A stretch of 64,000 nt of DNA from contig NZ_JBALFF010000050.1 in assembly GCF_036916975.1 (NCBI RefSeq), positions 40,633 to 104,632 of the forward strand. The letters are read 5' to 3'. The stretch comes from Nostoc sp. (lineage in GTDB: Bacteria; Cyanobacteriota; Cyanobacteriia; Cyanobacteriales; Nostocaceae). Shown here one piece after another: positions 63,473-64,000 of this stretch. The first letter of the stretch is position 1. Every line of letters begins with the position of its first letter. Below the pieces are notes generated by a model. The model saw only the letters and a list, made by a program, of their open reading frames with translations. It ran no database searches and was not told the DNA's origin. The translations under genes were made by a program, and so were the position numbers.

Positions 63473-64000
63473 CTAAACATTTACTGGTTGTTTATTCTCG
63501 GCTGATGTGTAATTGCGATCGCTAATTCCGAACTGCGTAAGGGATTCTTGACCTGTAATTAATCTTGCTCCGCGATTACGGGTAAAGTAGTTCCATGCCC
63601 ACTGAATCATTACTACTAATTTGTTGTTAAATTCAATTAAGAAGTAGATGTGAATCAACAGCCAAAATAGCCATGCAAAGAAACCTTTCAGCTTGATAAA
63701 ACCCAAATCTACCACAGCAGAATTGTGTCCAATCATTGCTAAACTACCATAATCCGCATAAGCAAATGGTGGTAAACTCTTACCTGCAAGCCGATGCTGG
63801 ACTAGTTCTGCTACATATTCACCTTGTTGCTTTGCTACAGGTGCAACACCAGGTAGCGGTTTACCATTTTGATGAGAAAAATTTGCTAAGTCGCCAATTA
63901 CAAAAATATTCGGATGTCCCTTAATACTCAAGTCAGGTTCGACGATAATCCGTCCAGCGCGATCGCATTCGGCACTTGTGCGTTCTGCTAGCACTTTTCC
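63473..64000 (-). CDS. NAD(P)/FAD-dependent oxidoreductase, type II NADH dehydrogenase-like (3' part; 5' end outside window)
   Basis: IFVIGDLA, PGVAPVAKQQG, GSLAMIG, AWLFWLLIHIYFLI motifs. Confidence 0.88.
   Translation of the reverse strand, partial: GKVLAERTSAECDRAGRIIVEPDLSIKGHPNIFVIGDLANFSHQNGKPLPGVAPVAKQQGEYVAELVQHRLAGKSLPPFAYADYGSLAMIGHNSAVVDLGFIKLKGFFAWLFWLLIHIYFLIEFNNKLVVMIQWAWNYFTRNRGARLITGQESLTQFGISDRNYTSAENKQPVNV

Overview
This is an AT-rich chromosomal segment from a heterocyst-forming cyanobacterium, probably Nostoc. The assignment rests on abundant HIP1 octamers (GCGATCGC), heptameric STRR tracts and small dispersed repeats. Core loci are tatC, DUF3067-petC-petA, a GH57 branching enzyme, grpE-dnaK-dnaJ-TusA-rsgA divergent from pilB-pilT-pilC, bioU, DUF2997-DUF1257-ferredoxin, DUF3038-DUF4335, an AGE epimerase, an M16 peptidase, dapL and a partial NDH-2-type oxidoreductase. 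Accessory features are: (i) a small island at 5.9-9.3 kb with a nested MITE, DUF6717, an antitoxin remnant, a stand-alone DnaX-C-like ORF, Uma2 and a DUF6888/DUF6887 pair; (ii) six Uma2 nuclease-fold genes; (iii) a 14-kb same-strand signalling array with two giant Ser/Thr kinase-AAA-GAF-His kinase hybrids, an internally deleted third copy and a Cache His kinase; (iv) a DUF815 ATPase, TM/coiled-coil/TerB_C protein, DUF2791 (BrxD/SngB-like) ATPase and RelE-HTH toxin-antitoxin cluster that looks like a helicase-less Shango/BREX-related module. Several rearrangement junctions and in-frame insertions coincide with HIP1 sites. I found no rRNA, tRNA, CRISPR array, reverse transcriptase or intact transposase. 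All family assignments come from motif recognition by eye; no database search was run.
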